The position numbers and the translations under genes are program-made. Below the pieces are notes generated by a model. It was not told the DNA's origin. It saw only the letters and a program-made list of their open reading frames with translations, and ran no database searches. 64,000 bases of DNA from a virus (Duplodnaviria > Caudoviricetes). Shown here piece after piece: positions 47,873-57,633 of this stretch (the stretch's first letter is position 1; every line of letters starts with the position of its first letter). The stretch is taken from IMG/VR virus record IMGVR_UViG_3300017909_003066, positions 32,001 through 96,000 of that record; one strand, given 5' to 3'.

Positions 47873-50800
47873 CTAAGCACCTCCTCCTGATGCTATCTGT
47901 CTCCATGCTCCTAAATAAACTACCATCTGTTTAGTTCCAGCAGTAAGACCTCCAGGATTCCATTCTCCAGTTTCTCCTGAGGCAATACATACCATACCGT
48001 TTGTTGGATTAGATGGTTCTGTGGAAAGTATTGCAAGATTCATTAGTTGTCCAATGTTTGCAACTGGTGTTGTTATGTTGCCGGTACTACCTTCTATTAC
48101 TAATGAACTATCGTCTGCAAATACACTTCCAGTCAAGTCACCATCTACCTGACCAACTAGTGTTCCGTTTAATTTTCCAGCGGCACCATCTACTAAAATA
48201 CTTGAATCATCTGCAAACACACTACCTTTGAAGTTACCCACCATAGAGTCACCTGCTTTGTAGTAACCAGAATCATTAGCAAAGTTACTAATATTGCCTC
48301 CTGTTTGAACAAAGTTAGCACCACTGATTTGTACTTTAGGCATTGTTGCATCAGTATTAGCAACGGTAGTAATACCATTTGTTCCTTCAAACTGGAATGT
48401 ACCCTGATTTGCCATGTTAAAGCCAGTAGAGTCATCACCAACAATGTTAAAGTTAATTGCTTGTTCGTTTGTTAGGTAACCTGCATCATTAGTCAATCTA
48501 CTTACATTACTTCCGTCTACCAAGTAATCAACAAGTGTTCCGCTTTGAGCAATACCTTTTGTGTCAAACGTAATTCTATTGTATGTGCCTGGTGCTATAG
48601 GACTATCTGCTAGATTAACATTAATAGATGTTGTTCCAGATCCTGTAACATCACCAAACAGTGTGATAGTTTGGTTACCTGAAATAAATCCAGGACCATT
48701 TGTAAAATCATTTAAGTTATCGCTTACATTAATTACAAATCTACCATTTGCATCTGTTGAAGATGTAACTGCACCTGTACCATCGATTTGTAAAATATTA
48801 TCTTTAGTGATTGTTTTTACAGTGCTATCATTACCTGCAACTAAAATTCTATCTAAGTAACCAGCATCGTTAGTAAGTTGACTTACATTATCTCCAACTT
48901 CTAAACCTGACGTTATATAACCAGGATTTACAAAGTTTACAGTAATATTTCCTTCAGCATCACTTGAAGTTGTTAAGTTTGTTCCTCCAAGTATTTTTAT
49001 GTTTTCACTTTGTTTAACAACACGCATTGTTGAATCATCTGCTCCAATACTAAACAGATTGTTTTCAATAGTTGTAAATCTATTTGTAATTGTTGTTGCA
49101 AAATTTCCGTCGTTGTTAAGTGCCGCGGATAATTCATTTAGTGTGTTTAATTGTTCTGGTGCACTGTTAACAACATTGGCTACTGCTGAGTCAACATAAC
49201 TTGTTGTAGAATAATTTTGTGTAGAATGATCTCCCCAACTGTATGCTGTGTTCCAATTTGTTGCTTCAGTGCCTGAAATGTTTGCACTAGGAATAATACC
49301 CCCTACAGCATCAACAAGTAATGTGCTGTCATCAGCAAATACTGAACCAGTTAGGTCACCATCAATACCTTGATATGCAGTTAACACACCTTTAACATCT
49401 AGTCCTTGTTCGATTCTTGTTGTCGGACTTGAACCGTCAACTTTACCTATAACAACAGCACTTGATTGACCTTGTCCGATAGTAATAGTGGCATTGTTTG
49501 TTTGAATATCAACATTTGCTCCAAGTCTACCGCCATAAATTTCTATGTCATCATAAGTCACTTTAACTTTGTTCAATCCTGATGCATCAATCATCTGTAC
49601 AAAATTATTTCCGCCTGAACCAGTTTGCAAAGATTGTATATCAATTCTTCCGTTGTTTTTAAAAGTTGTAACAGGTGCACTACCAACAAACGAATCTGCT
49701 GTTATTGTAGTAGAAGTTGTATTTGTATTGTTTACATCAGCAGTAATAGTTCCACTTACTACACTTGCAGGAATCGTTCCACTAACACCGTCTACAAGTA
49801 GTGTGCTATCATCTGCAAACACTGATCCTTTTAGATCTGTGTTAATTAAATTTTCTAAACTTATGGATAAAGCAAATGCCGCCGCATCAACTTTAATTTG
49901 CCCTGTTGTTCCTAATACTTGTAAAGTTTCACTAGTTAATGCTACACTGCCTGTCCCTGTGTTACCTGCTGTGTTTAGAGTTTGTCCGTAGTTAGACAAG
50001 TTTGGACCTGTTATTGTGATGTTACCTTCTGCATCACTTGAAGTAGTAATACCTGTTGCACCAATAAAATTAATTTGTTCACCTAATCCTACATTTCTTG
50101 CAGTTGAATCATCTGCACCAACTTTAAAATTAAAACTATCAGGTATGTCGTTTATTGTTATATATTGTGCGTCATTTGTAAATTCACTTACTCTTAAATC
50201 GTTGTTTAAATCTGAAAGTTTTGCCGGGCCTGTAATTGTTACGATTCCGTCTGTCAAACTAGTAGTAATATTAGTACCACCTTTAATTTGTAAAGTTTCA
50301 CTAGAGTTGATTACTTCAAGTGTAGAATCGTCGGCGGTAACATTAAAATTGTAGGTACTTGATAAGTCTGGAATGTTTGCTAGGTCGTTAAAGTCACCTG
50401 ATGTCGCAACAGTGGCGAATGTAGTTTGTGTTGCACCTGTAACTAAACCTTTTGCATTTACAGTTACATTATTGAAAGTTCCAACATTAGAATTTACTGT
50501 GTCAAGTGTAAGTGTAAGAGTACTTGCACCACCGGCCAATACTCCGCCAGTACTACCTGACATATCACCGTCAATGGTTAAATTTGGTCTGTTAGATAAA
50601 TCATTGTATGATCCTGACGTAGATACTGCGGCAAATCCTGCGGCAGTAATTGTTCTTGTAACAAATCTTCCTGTGCCACTATCATATTGCAATAGGTGAT
50701 TGTTTGCAACTCCTGTGGTTGTAACATCTACTAAATCATCTATTGATTCATTTTGTATGTTTGCCAAAAAAGCAGAAGTTGAATTATCATAGTTACTTAG

Positions 50801-51142
50801 GTCTCTATCAACACTAATTGTAATATCACCTTCAGCATTACTGGCAGTTGTTACTACACTAGTACCACCAAGTATACCAAAGTTTTCACCACCTTGAATA
50901 GTTCTTACAGTTGAATCGTCTGCACGTATTTCTACTTTACCTAATGCACTAGCAACTACTTCATCAGCGCCTTGAGTACTAATAGTAATGGAATCACTTA
51001 TTTCATCTACACCTAAGTTAATACCTGCTCCTGCAAGGACTGTAAGTGTGTCGTTATCTGCATCTGCGACTACTTGTCCTATGTTAGAAGCACCTTTTTG
51101 TGCTACTATTCTACGAAATGAATCAATTACTTTTACTGACAT
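47873..51142 (-). CDS. Long tail fibre/virion structural protein with ADDST repeats
   Basis: 1089 aa, Thr/Gly/Asp-rich; repeats ADDST, SDAEGNITI and TNDAGY; APEQLNTLNELSAAL motif; late promoter plus RBS. Confidence 0.8.
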   Translation of the reverse strand: MSVKVIDSFRRIVAQKGASNIGQVVADADNDTLTVLAGAGINLGVDEISDSITISTQGADEVVASALGKVEIRADDSTVRTIQGGENFGILGGTSVVTTASNAEGDITISVDRDLSNYDNSTSAFLANIQNESIDDLVDVTTTGVANNHLLQYDSGTGRFVTRTITAAGFAAVSTSGSYNDLSNRPNLTIDGDMSGSTGGVLAGGASTLTLTLDTVNSNVGTFNNVTVNAKGLVTGATQTTFATVATSGDFNDLANIPDLSSTYNFNVTADDSTLEVINSSETLQIKGGTNITTSLTDGIVTITGPAKLSDLNNDLRVSEFTNDAQYITINDIPDSFNFKVGADDSTARNVGLGEQINFIGATGITTSSDAEGNITITGPNLSNYGQTLNTAGNTGTGSVALTSETLQVLGTTGQIKVDAAAFALSISLENLINTDLKGSVFADDSTLLVDGVSGTIPASVVSGTITADVNNTNTTSTTITADSFVGSAPVTTFKNNGRIDIQSLQTGSGGNNFVQMIDASGLNKVKVTYDDIEIYGGRLGANVDIQTNNATITIGQGQSSAVVIGKVDGSSPTTRIEQGLDVKGVLTAYQGIDGDLTGSVFADDSTLLVDAVGGIIPSANISGTEATNWNTAYSWGDHSTQNYSTTSYVDSAVANVVNSAPEQLNTLNELSAALNNDGNFATTITNRFTTIENNLFSIGADDSTMRVVKQSENIKILGGTNLTTSSDAEGNITVNFVNPGYITSGLEVGDNVSQLTNDAGYLDRILVAGNDSTVKTITKDNILQIDGTGAVTSSTDANGRFVINVSDNLNDFTNGPGFISGNQTITLFGDVTGSGTTSINVNLADSPIAPGTYNRITFDTKGIAQSGTLVDYLVDGSNVSRLTNDAGYLTNEQAINFNIVGDDSTGFNMANQGTFQFEGTNGITTVANTDATMPKVQISGANFVQTGGNISNFANDSGYYKAGDSMVGNFKGSVFADDSSILVDGAAGKLNGTLVGQVDGDLTGSVFADDSSLVIEGSTGNITTPVANIGQLMNLAILSTEPSNPTNGMVCIASGETGEWNPGGLTAGTKQMVVYLGAWRQIASGGGA

Positions 51143-51179
51143 TTAATGGATCTCCTACGTGTATTTACCGTAGATAAAA

Positions 51180-51210
51180 GATTAGGGGCACCGTTATTGT
51201 ACCCCTAATC
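51180..51210. terminator. Hairpin downstream of the tmRNA
   Basis: GATTAGGGG...CCCCTAATC inverted repeat. Confidence 0.5.
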
Positions 51211-51316
51211 GACTCCTTTTGTATTGTATATTCCTTTATCCTGACTATGTCAGTAGAAGAAGGTCTCCTTGTGTATAATTGGTTCTTTTTGTTATTATTA
51301 TTACTTGTTATAAAAA

Positions 51317-51481
51317 GTGCAACTTTTCTGTTGCCAGGTAAGTTGCCAACCCCGTTAGCCTAAACTAGGCCGCAAGTGCTAGATTTTCATCTGCATTTGT
51401 AGTTTTCTTCGCGGTAACGGCGCTTAGATCCCGGTAACTCCACTCTCCTACTAATCTATCAGTCGATCCTGCTTCAGGCCC
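51317..51481 (-). ncRNA. ssrA: tmRNA coding piece (two-piece permuted ssrA)
   Basis: 5' GGGCCTGAAGCAGGATCGAC; tag ORF 51394-51365 GCA GAT GAA AAT CTA GCA CTT GCG GCC TAG = ADENLALAA; terminal GCAACTT hairpin; 3' end approximate. Confidence 0.9.
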
Positions 51482-51482
51482 A

Positions 51483-51671
51483 TCATAAAGACATTGATCC
51501 AACAGGCTTACAAATATATTCTACTGTGTCCCAATCACCATCTGATGGTATTGTTTCATACACTTTTAACATATCTGTACATTCTACTTTGGATTCAAAC
51601 CATTGTACGTCTTGTTCAAGGCAGGTCGAGCCTAAACAAACTGTAAGTAAAATGTGCCAAATAACTTCCAT
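51483..51671 (-). CDS. 62-aa Cys-containing protein nested in the tmRNA intervening segment
   Basis: AAGGA RBS just after CCA; hydrophobic N-terminus and 4 Cys; stop codon 1 nt before tmRNA G1. Confidence 0.7.
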   Translation of the reverse strand: MEVIWHILLTVCLGSTCLEQDVQWFESKVECTDMLKVYETIPSDGDWDTVEYICKPVGSMSL

Positions 51672-51684
51672 TTCAATGTCCTTA

Positions 51685-51746
51685 TGGTGGACCTGCCCGG
51701 TACTGCCCCGGGGTCCTGTCTAGTGTTTGAATTGCTTCAACGTTAC
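51685..51746 (-). ncRNA. ssrA: tmRNA acceptor piece (T-arm + acceptor 3' strand + CCA)
   Basis: GACCCCGGGGCAGTACCGGGCAGGTCCACCA; CAGGTCC pairs with GGGCCTG giving G3-U70; 5' end approximate. Confidence 0.88.
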
Positions 51747-51751
51747 AACTA

Positions 51752-51759
51752 TATTTATA
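51752..51759 (-). promoter_or_regulatory. T4-type late promoter upstream of ssrA
   Basis: Perfect TATAAATA. Confidence 0.6.
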
Positions 51760-51826
51760 TACTCACTTTTTGCTTTTGTCAAGAGAAAAATGCTAACTAA
51801 TGTCCAAACATTTAACCAGGAGTTTT

Positions 51827-52021
51827 ATGACCGATGATAGATCAGTTGATGCAACTTATGAAAATGAAGGTAGTACTGTAACTATTTCTTTAAAGGAATA
51901 TGACAAACTACGCGATAAACAAAAATATATCACAGATAAAAGTCTTATATCAGTAATAGATAAAATAGAAGAACTAGTAAGAGCCTTACGAAAACATATT
52001 GTAAGAACAGATATTGAATAA
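51827..52021 (+). CDS. Hypothetical protein
   Basis: AGGAG RBS before MTDDRS. Confidence 0.65.
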   Translation: MTDDRSVDATYENEGSTVTISLKEYDKLRDKQKYITDKSLISVIDKIEELVRALRKHIVRTDIE

Positions 52022-52029
52022 GGAGAATT

Positions 52030-52233
52030 ATGACACGTATGAGAACTTTCACCTTTTATGATGGTGACCAAGTCGAAACAAAAGAAGCAACAAGTTACAA
52101 AAAAGCAGTACGATCCTATCAAAGTAGTGCAAAGAACAAGATAGTTAGGGTAGAATGGGAAGCCAAAAAAGGCGGAACATATGAAATACAACAAAAACTA
52201 CCTATGGGTAGAAGTAAAAAAATAGGAAAATAA
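52030..52233 (+). CDS. Small basic hypothetical protein
   Basis: AAGGAG RBS. Confidence 0.65.
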   Translation: MTRMRTFTFYDGDQVETKEATSYKKAVRSYQSSAKNKIVRVEWEAKKGGTYEIQQKLPMGRSKKIGK

Positions 52234-52234
52234 T

Positions 52235-52381
52235 ATGGCAAAGATACATCAATCATATACTGCTCACGTGTCAAAACCTAAAAAGACTAGTCAGTCAAGT
52301 AAAAAGAAATCTTGCAAGTTTAGTTCTATGAACAAACACAAAAAAAGATCACATAAGTTTTATAATAGTCAGGGGAGATAA
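52235..52381 (+). CDS. 48-aa basic protein
   Basis: Manual translation MAKIHQSYTAHVSKPKKTSQSSKKKSCKFSSMNKHKKRSHKFYNSQGR. Confidence 0.6.
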   Translation: MAKIHQSYTAHVSKPKKTSQSSKKKSCKFSSMNKHKKRSHKFYNSQGR

Positions 52382-52563
52382 TGGCAGGAAAAAAATCAAA
52401 AGGTCCTAAATCAGTACAAAATAAAAGAATGTACAATGGCGAAGAAGTACGCCCTTGTAGATACTATTCTGAGAAAGTAAAAGGACTTATGGTTGGTTTA
52501 GATGGTAATGGTGAAATAATCCGAGATAAAAACGGAAATCCAAAACCTTTTCAGAGTATCTAA
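52381..52563 (+). CDS. Small basic hypothetical protein
   Basis: GGGGAG RBS; TAATG coupling. Confidence 0.6.
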   Translation: MAGKKSKGPKSVQNKRMYNGEEVRPCRYYSEKVKGLMVGLDGNGEIIRDKNGNPKPFQSI

Positions 52564-52847
52564 CCAGCGAAACAGTTTTCACTACCAGCGGCTACACTTG
52601 TACATCCGCTGATGCTATCGCCTATTCTTCCACAACCTTTTCCATTGATAAACACAGTTGTCGATCCTACTGCTATTGATGCCGCATGTGACGGACACGG
52701 TGCCGGCGGTAACTTGTGAGTTGTATTAACATCACCCTGTCTTGAAATCCCAATACCGTTGGCAAATACATTACCACTTCCTACTGCCCTAGTCATTCCT
52801 GAACAGTGTGGAACATCTGCATCGCCTATTCTAGTGATTGCCGGCAT
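52560..52847 (-). CDS. PAAR spike-tip protein (T4 gp5.4-like)
   Basis: PAITRIGD, GS.NVF.NG, R.GD and GS..VFING...GRIGD repeats with His/Cys ligands. Confidence 0.9.
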   Translation of the reverse strand: MPAITRIGDADVPHCSGMTRAVGSGNVFANGIGISRQGDVNTTHKLPPAPCPSHAASIAVGSTTVFINGKGCGRIGDSISGCTSVAAGSENCFAG

Positions 52848-53034
52848 TTTCTTTCTCCATCAATTGTTGTAGCCTACCTGGCCACTTTTCTATTTCATCA
52901 TGTTGTTCTTCTGTGTGAGGTTCTGGCGGAATCTCTGGTAGAAACTTTATCACATGATCAAATACAGTAGGAACATCTTCCCACTGATTAACAGTGACTT
53001 TTTTTCCGTTGACTAGAAAAACAAATTCATGCAT
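52831..53034 (-). CDS. Hypothetical protein
   Basis: FDHVIKFLP..PP.PHTEEQH; TAAATA-N5-ATG. Confidence 0.7.
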   Translation of the reverse strand: MHEFVFLVNGKKVTVNQWEDVPTVFDHVIKFLPEIPPEPHTEEQHDEIEKWPGRLQQLMEKENAGNH

Positions 53035-53042
53035 ACAAGTAT

Positions 53043-53354
53043 TTATTTTACTTGTAGATTTGGTGGAGCAGTTACTATGCTAGATGTTTGTGATTGATAT
53101 ACTTCAGCAAACTGTTTAATAGTTTTAGTAACCATTATAATGTTTGATTGTTTAAATGTAAAAGTTTTATCAGGATCTGCTGTAAACAAGAACTGTTGTA
53201 ATCCTAATCCCTTTGGACCCATTACAAGAGTCAAAGGAGTTTTTACCTTTATTACATTTTCGTTTTCTTCTTTAAGTTTTGCAACTAGTTCTTCACCAGT
53301 TGATAGTTTGATTGTGATTGTATCACCTTCTTTGTATTGTGCTTCTATTAACAT
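53043..53354 (-). CDS. Hypothetical protein (Sm-like fold, T4-like phages)
   Basis: IKL.TGEELVA ... P.....Y pattern; start MLIE. Confidence 0.65.
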   Translation of the reverse strand: MLIEAQYKEGDTITIKLSTGEELVAKLKEENENVIKVKTPLTLVMGPKGLGLQQFLFTADPDKTFTFKQSNIIMVTKTIKQFAEVYQSQTSSIVTAPPNLQVK

Positions 53355-53355
53355 A

Positions 53356-53610
53356 TTATCCCATCGAGTGTCCAGTACCATTGAACCCTGTATCATCAAT
53401 GTACTTTTCAAATTCTTGGTATCCGCCTACAGGTTTTCCATAAATTTTTATTTGTGGAAAAGTTCTTGCAGTTGGAAATTCTTCCATTACTGCTTCACGG
53501 TCAAAGTCTACACCAAGTTGTTTATACGTAAAATCCCAACCTCTAGTTTCGCATAGCCTTTTTGCTTTATCGCAAAATGGACACATTGGTTTTCCCCATA
53601 TTTCTATCAT
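53356..53610 (-). CDS. Glutaredoxin
   Basis: CPFC, RTFPQI and VGGY motifs. Confidence 0.93.
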   Translation of the reverse strand: MIEIWGKPMCPFCDKAKRLCETRGWDFTYKQLGVDFDREAVMEEFPTARTFPQIKIYGKPVGGYQEFEKYIDDTGFNGTGHSMG

Positions 53611-54752
53611 AATTTAAAGTCCTTAAAAGTATCTTTACTTATATCTTGTTTTACTCCACCAATTAGATATGATTCCACTTCTGTTTCTTGTGGAGCAACT
53701 TGTAGTCCAGCACTTGATAACCAATGTTGCGTCCATGGTAGAGGATTAGTAGAAAGTGGTCGATCATAAATTGTATTCAACCCAAGTGCTTTTAGTCTTT
53801 TGTTTGCTATAAATTCAACATAAGCATGAAGTAGATTTGAGTTAAGTCCAATCATACTACCATCTTTAAAAAGGTAATCTGCCCAACGTTTCTCTTCGTC
53901 AACACATTCTTTCCAAAGTTCATAAACTTCTGCTTCACAATCTTTTGCAACTTTGGCCATTTCAGGATCATCATTGCCTCTTGCCCAATGTTTAAGGATA
54001 TGTGTAGATAAGTTTAAGTGTGTTGCTTCATCTCGAGCAATAAGTGAAATAATTTTTGCTGAACCTTCCATAAGTTTTAGTTCACCAAATGCAAACGTAC
54101 ATGCAAATGAAACATAAAAACGTAAACCTTCAAGAATGTTTACAGTCATCATTGCTTTGTATAATGCTTTTTTCACATCATACATAGTGCCTTTTTTATG
54201 TTGGAAATAATTATTTGCAACTTCATTAAATTCATCATAGTGTTTTGTAACACTAATTGCACGTTCAATAATTTTGTCGTCATCTAAGATAGTATCAAAT
54301 ACTTCACTAGGATTTGCATATACATTTTTAACAATATGTGTATAAGAACGTGAGTGAATAGTTTCAAAGAAATCCCAAGCAATAATACATCCTTCTAATT
54401 CTGGATTAGAACAATACGGAAGGAAACTTAAACATGGACCGCGACCTTGTACACTATCTAACAGTGTTTGATATTTCAAGTTTGATGTAAAAATATGTTT
54501 TTGTTCATCTCTAAGTTCTTGATAATCACCTCTGTCTTTTTGTAGTGATACTTCTTCAGGACGCCAAAAGTATCCAAGCATAGTTTGATTTAGTTTATCA
54601 AACTCTGGATATCTAAATACGTCATAACGTTGTGTGTTTTGATCTGCTCCAAAGAACATGTGTTCTTTAGTGAAATCGATCTTGTCTCTGTTGAATACAG
54701 TTTTGCTTGCCATTTTATTTTTTGTTTCCTTCTTCCTAGTACTTTTGCTCAT
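53607..54752 (-). CDS. nrdB: Ribonucleotide reductase class Ia beta subunit
   Basis: FWRPEEV, LDSVQGR, ETIHSRSY, EGLRFYVSF and RDEATH motifs. Confidence 0.97.
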   Translation of the reverse strand: MSKSTRKKETKNKMASKTVFNRDKIDFTKEHMFFGADQNTQRYDVFRYPEFDKLNQTMLGYFWRPEEVSLQKDRGDYQELRDEQKHIFTSNLKYQTLLDSVQGRGPCLSFLPYCSNPELEGCIIAWDFFETIHSRSYTHIVKNVYANPSEVFDTILDDDKIIERAISVTKHYDEFNEVANNYFQHKKGTMYDVKKALYKAMMTVNILEGLRFYVSFACTFAFGELKLMEGSAKIISLIARDEATHLNLSTHILKHWARGNDDPEMAKVAKDCEAEVYELWKECVDEEKRWADYLFKDGSMIGLNSNLLHAYVEFIANKRLKALGLNTIYDRPLSTNPLPWTQHWLSSAGLQVAPQETEVESYLIGGVKQDISKDTFKDFKL

Positions 54753-54758
54753 AAACTC

Positions 54759-57155
54759 CTATATCGCACAGGCATCACAGTGTTCATCATCTTCAGTTTC
54801 TGTTACTGTGTCCCCGTTTGTATGACCGTTCACTCCATTAACGTGTCCGTTAACTGTATCTGCAACAGTAACATCTTGTGCTACTTTGTCAACAGTATTA
54901 TTCTCCAAAGCAGGTTCTTTATCCTCATCTCCTTTGAAGTCATACGTGTTTTGATAGTAACTTGTTTTCCAACCTAATTTATAAGTTGTAAGCATGTCCT
55001 TCATCATAACACTTAAAGGTACTTCGTTGTTTTCGTATTGCAACGGGTTGTAACTCCAGTTACCACTAATTGCTTGATCAAAAAACTTTTGCATTACAGC
55101 GACGATATTTATATATCCTTCGTTGCCTTGCATGTCCCATAAAAGGGTATAAAAATTCTTTAAACGCGAATACTCTGGAACAATCTGCTTAAGAGGCCCT
55201 TTTTTGCTTTTCTTAACGGACAAGTATCCTCTAGGTGGCTCAATACCGTTTGTGGCATTCGACACAACGGAACTGCTCTCTGAAGGCATCTGTGCGGACA
55301 ATGTGCTGTGCCGTAAACCGTGTACTTTGATGTCCTTGCGAAGAGTAGTCCAATCATGGTTTAATTTCTTTCCTGCTATTTCATCAACATCATGCTTGTA
55401 AGTGTCGATAGGTAAAATGCCGTCTGAATATTTAGTGCGATTAAAGTAATCACACGCACCCTTTTCTTTAGCAATATTATTACTTGCTTTCAATAAAAAG
55501 TATTGAAAACTTTCAGTTAAGTCATGTACAAGTTTCCATGCTTCTTTGTCGGCATACTTGACTTTGTGTTTTGCTAGATAATGTGCTAGGCCAATATAGC
55601 CAATACCTAATGAGCGTCGAGCCTTGGTAGATATTTCTGCCGCTTTTACAGGATAACCTTGATACTCAATTATTTCCTCTAATGCTCGAACTGACAAATC
55701 ACACAGTTCTTCAAGTTCTAAATTTTCTTTGTTAAGTGTTAATGCACCAACGTTAATTGCAGAAAGAATACATAGTGCAATTTCACCATTTTCATCATCA
55801 ATGTGTTGAATTGGTTTAGTTGGCAGTGTAATCTCTTGGCAAAGGTTACTCATATATACAGGATCCTTAAATGAACTATGACTATTTGCGTGGTCAACGT
55901 TCATGATATAGATACGTCCTGTTTCAGCACGTTCTTTTAATAATGCTGAAAATAATTCTTGTGCATCAATTTTCTTTTTTCTAATTGATGTTTTGCGTTC
56001 ATATGTTTCGTACAATTCTTTAAATTTTTCGTTGTTACCTGAATAGAATGCTTCATATAATCCTGGTACATCATGTGGCGAGAAAAGAGTTATTTCTCTA
56101 CCAGACAATAACCTTTCATACATCAATTTGTTTAACTGAATAGAGTAATCTAATTTACGTACTCTATTATCATCTGTACCTTTGTTATTTTTTAATACTA
56201 GAATATCTTCTATTTCAAAATGCCATAAAGGAAAATGCGTTGTAGCACTACCACCTCTTACACCATTTTGTGTACATGATCTAACAGTTGCTTCATAAAC
56301 TTTTAGGAACGGGACAACTCCTGTGTGTGCAACTTCACCGCCTCTAATTTTTGAATTGATTGCTCTAACACGACCAGCATTTATTCCGATGCCGGCTCTC
56401 TGAGCGATGTAATAGCCGATAGCACTATTGCTACTGAATATACTAGGAAGAGTATCGTCAACATCAACAAGAACGCAACTAGCGAACTGACGTATTGGAG
56501 TACGGACACCGGCCATAACTGGTGTTGGGATATTGATTTTAAAAAGTGAGGTCGCATCATAATATTTTTTCACGTATTGTAATCGTGTTTCCTTTGGATA
56601 GTTTGCAAATAAAGTTGCCGCAATCATCATATACATAAACTGTGGTGTTTCATATATTTGGCCTGAACTTCTATCTTGACAAAGATATTTGTCAACAACT
56701 TGTCTTAGTCCTGCGTATGTAAAATCTTCATTTCTATCATGTTTGATATAAGTGTTTAATTTTTTTAATTCTGTATCATTGTATTTTTCTTTTATCGCAG
56801 GATCATACACACCTTTTTTAATATTAAGATCAATAATTTCATTTAACGACAAGTGATTGTAAGTTCCATAAACTTGTTTATGAAGACCATAAAGCAATAG
56901 CCTTGCCGCCGCATATTGATAATTTGGATTTTCCAACGAGATAAGATCATTCGCACTACGGATTAAAATATTTTGTATTTCATCTGTTGTCATACCATCG
57001 TAAAATTGTAAGTCTGCATTCATCTCTATTTGTGATGCTGATACTCCTGAAAGTTCTTCACAGGCTTCTTCTACGACAAAATGAATCTTATCTAAATTGA
57101 GTTTTTCTTTTCTTCCGTCCCTTTTGGTAATAAGAATCTCTTTAGATGTGTTCAT
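54759..57155 (-). CDS. nrdA: Ribonucleotide reductase class Ia alpha subunit
   Basis: ATP cone, QFASC, SNLCQEI, YY and C-terminal CDAC. Confidence 0.98.
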   Translation of the reverse strand: MNTSKEILITKRDGRKEKLNLDKIHFVVEEACEELSGVSASQIEMNADLQFYDGMTTDEIQNILIRSANDLISLENPNYQYAAARLLLYGLHKQVYGTYNHLSLNEIIDLNIKKGVYDPAIKEKYNDTELKKLNTYIKHDRNEDFTYAGLRQVVDKYLCQDRSSGQIYETPQFMYMMIAATLFANYPKETRLQYVKKYYDATSLFKINIPTPVMAGVRTPIRQFASCVLVDVDDTLPSIFSSNSAIGYYIAQRAGIGINAGRVRAINSKIRGGEVAHTGVVPFLKVYEATVRSCTQNGVRGGSATTHFPLWHFEIEDILVLKNNKGTDDNRVRKLDYSIQLNKLMYERLLSGREITLFSPHDVPGLYEAFYSGNNEKFKELYETYERKTSIRKKKIDAQELFSALLKERAETGRIYIMNVDHANSHSSFKDPVYMSNLCQEITLPTKPIQHIDDENGEIALCILSAINVGALTLNKENLELEELCDLSVRALEEIIEYQGYPVKAAEISTKARRSLGIGYIGLAHYLAKHKVKYADKEAWKLVHDLTESFQYFLLKASNNIAKEKGACDYFNRTKYSDGILPIDTYKHDVDEIAGKKLNHDWTTLRKDIKVHGLRHSTLSAQMPSESSSVVSNATNGIEPPRGYLSVKKSKKGPLKQIVPEYSRLKNFYTLLWDMQGNEGYINIVAVMQKFFDQAISGNWSYNPLQYENNEVPLSVMMKDMLTTYKLGWKTSYYQNTYDFKGDEDKEPALENNTVDKVAQDVTVADTVNGHVNGVNGHTNGDTVTETEDDEHCDACAI

Positions 57156-57213
57156 AACGTCCTTCTTCCTAATATATTATTTCTTTTCGTGTGTAGTTGA
57201 GTATTTAACTAAA

Positions 57214-57633
57214 CTATGATAATTCAACTACTTCTTGGCAAATTATCGGGTCCAATAACTCGCCGACTAGCACCACAGCATTGTCTCTATAGTTAATAAT
57301 TCTATCTTCAACTTCTACTAAATTATAGTATCTTTTCGCCGATTGGTCTATACATATTTTTATCAAAACAGGTGTTTTGGTAAACCTTGTAGTTAACTTC
57401 AGGCTCCAACCTATCATAAGGGGTATAGCGATTGGACAATACCGGTTTTTCTTAATTAGTTCCCAAGGCGTTGGCCATGCTTGAGAATTCCATGTAGGTA
57501 AATCACGCTCTATAGTTGTAGCATTATTCCAGAAGTCAAGTGTACGTTGAAATGGATCGTCACAATTTTCTAAAGAGTCTCTGTGTTGTCTCCATAAACT
57601 TATTCGGTCATCAACCGTAGTTTCTAAAAACAT
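57214..57633 (-). CDS. Hypothetical protein
   Basis: WPTPWELI..N.YC; TAATG coupling. Confidence 0.65.
   Translation of the reverse strand: MFLETTVDDRISLWRQHRDSLENCDDPFQRTLDFWNNATTIERDLPTWNSQAWPTPWELIKKNRYCPIAIPLMIGWSLKLTTRFTKTPVLIKICIDQSAKRYYNLVEVEDRIINYRDNAVVLVGELLDPIICQEVVELS

Noticed and set aside
51685-51720. Isolated tRNA 3' half as an attP/integration remnant
   Set aside because: It pairs with the downstream GGGCCTG and tag region as a permuted tmRNA; no integrase in the window
53607-57155. Introns, inteins or homing endonucleases in nrdA/nrdB
   Set aside because: Both ORFs are continuous and of normal length
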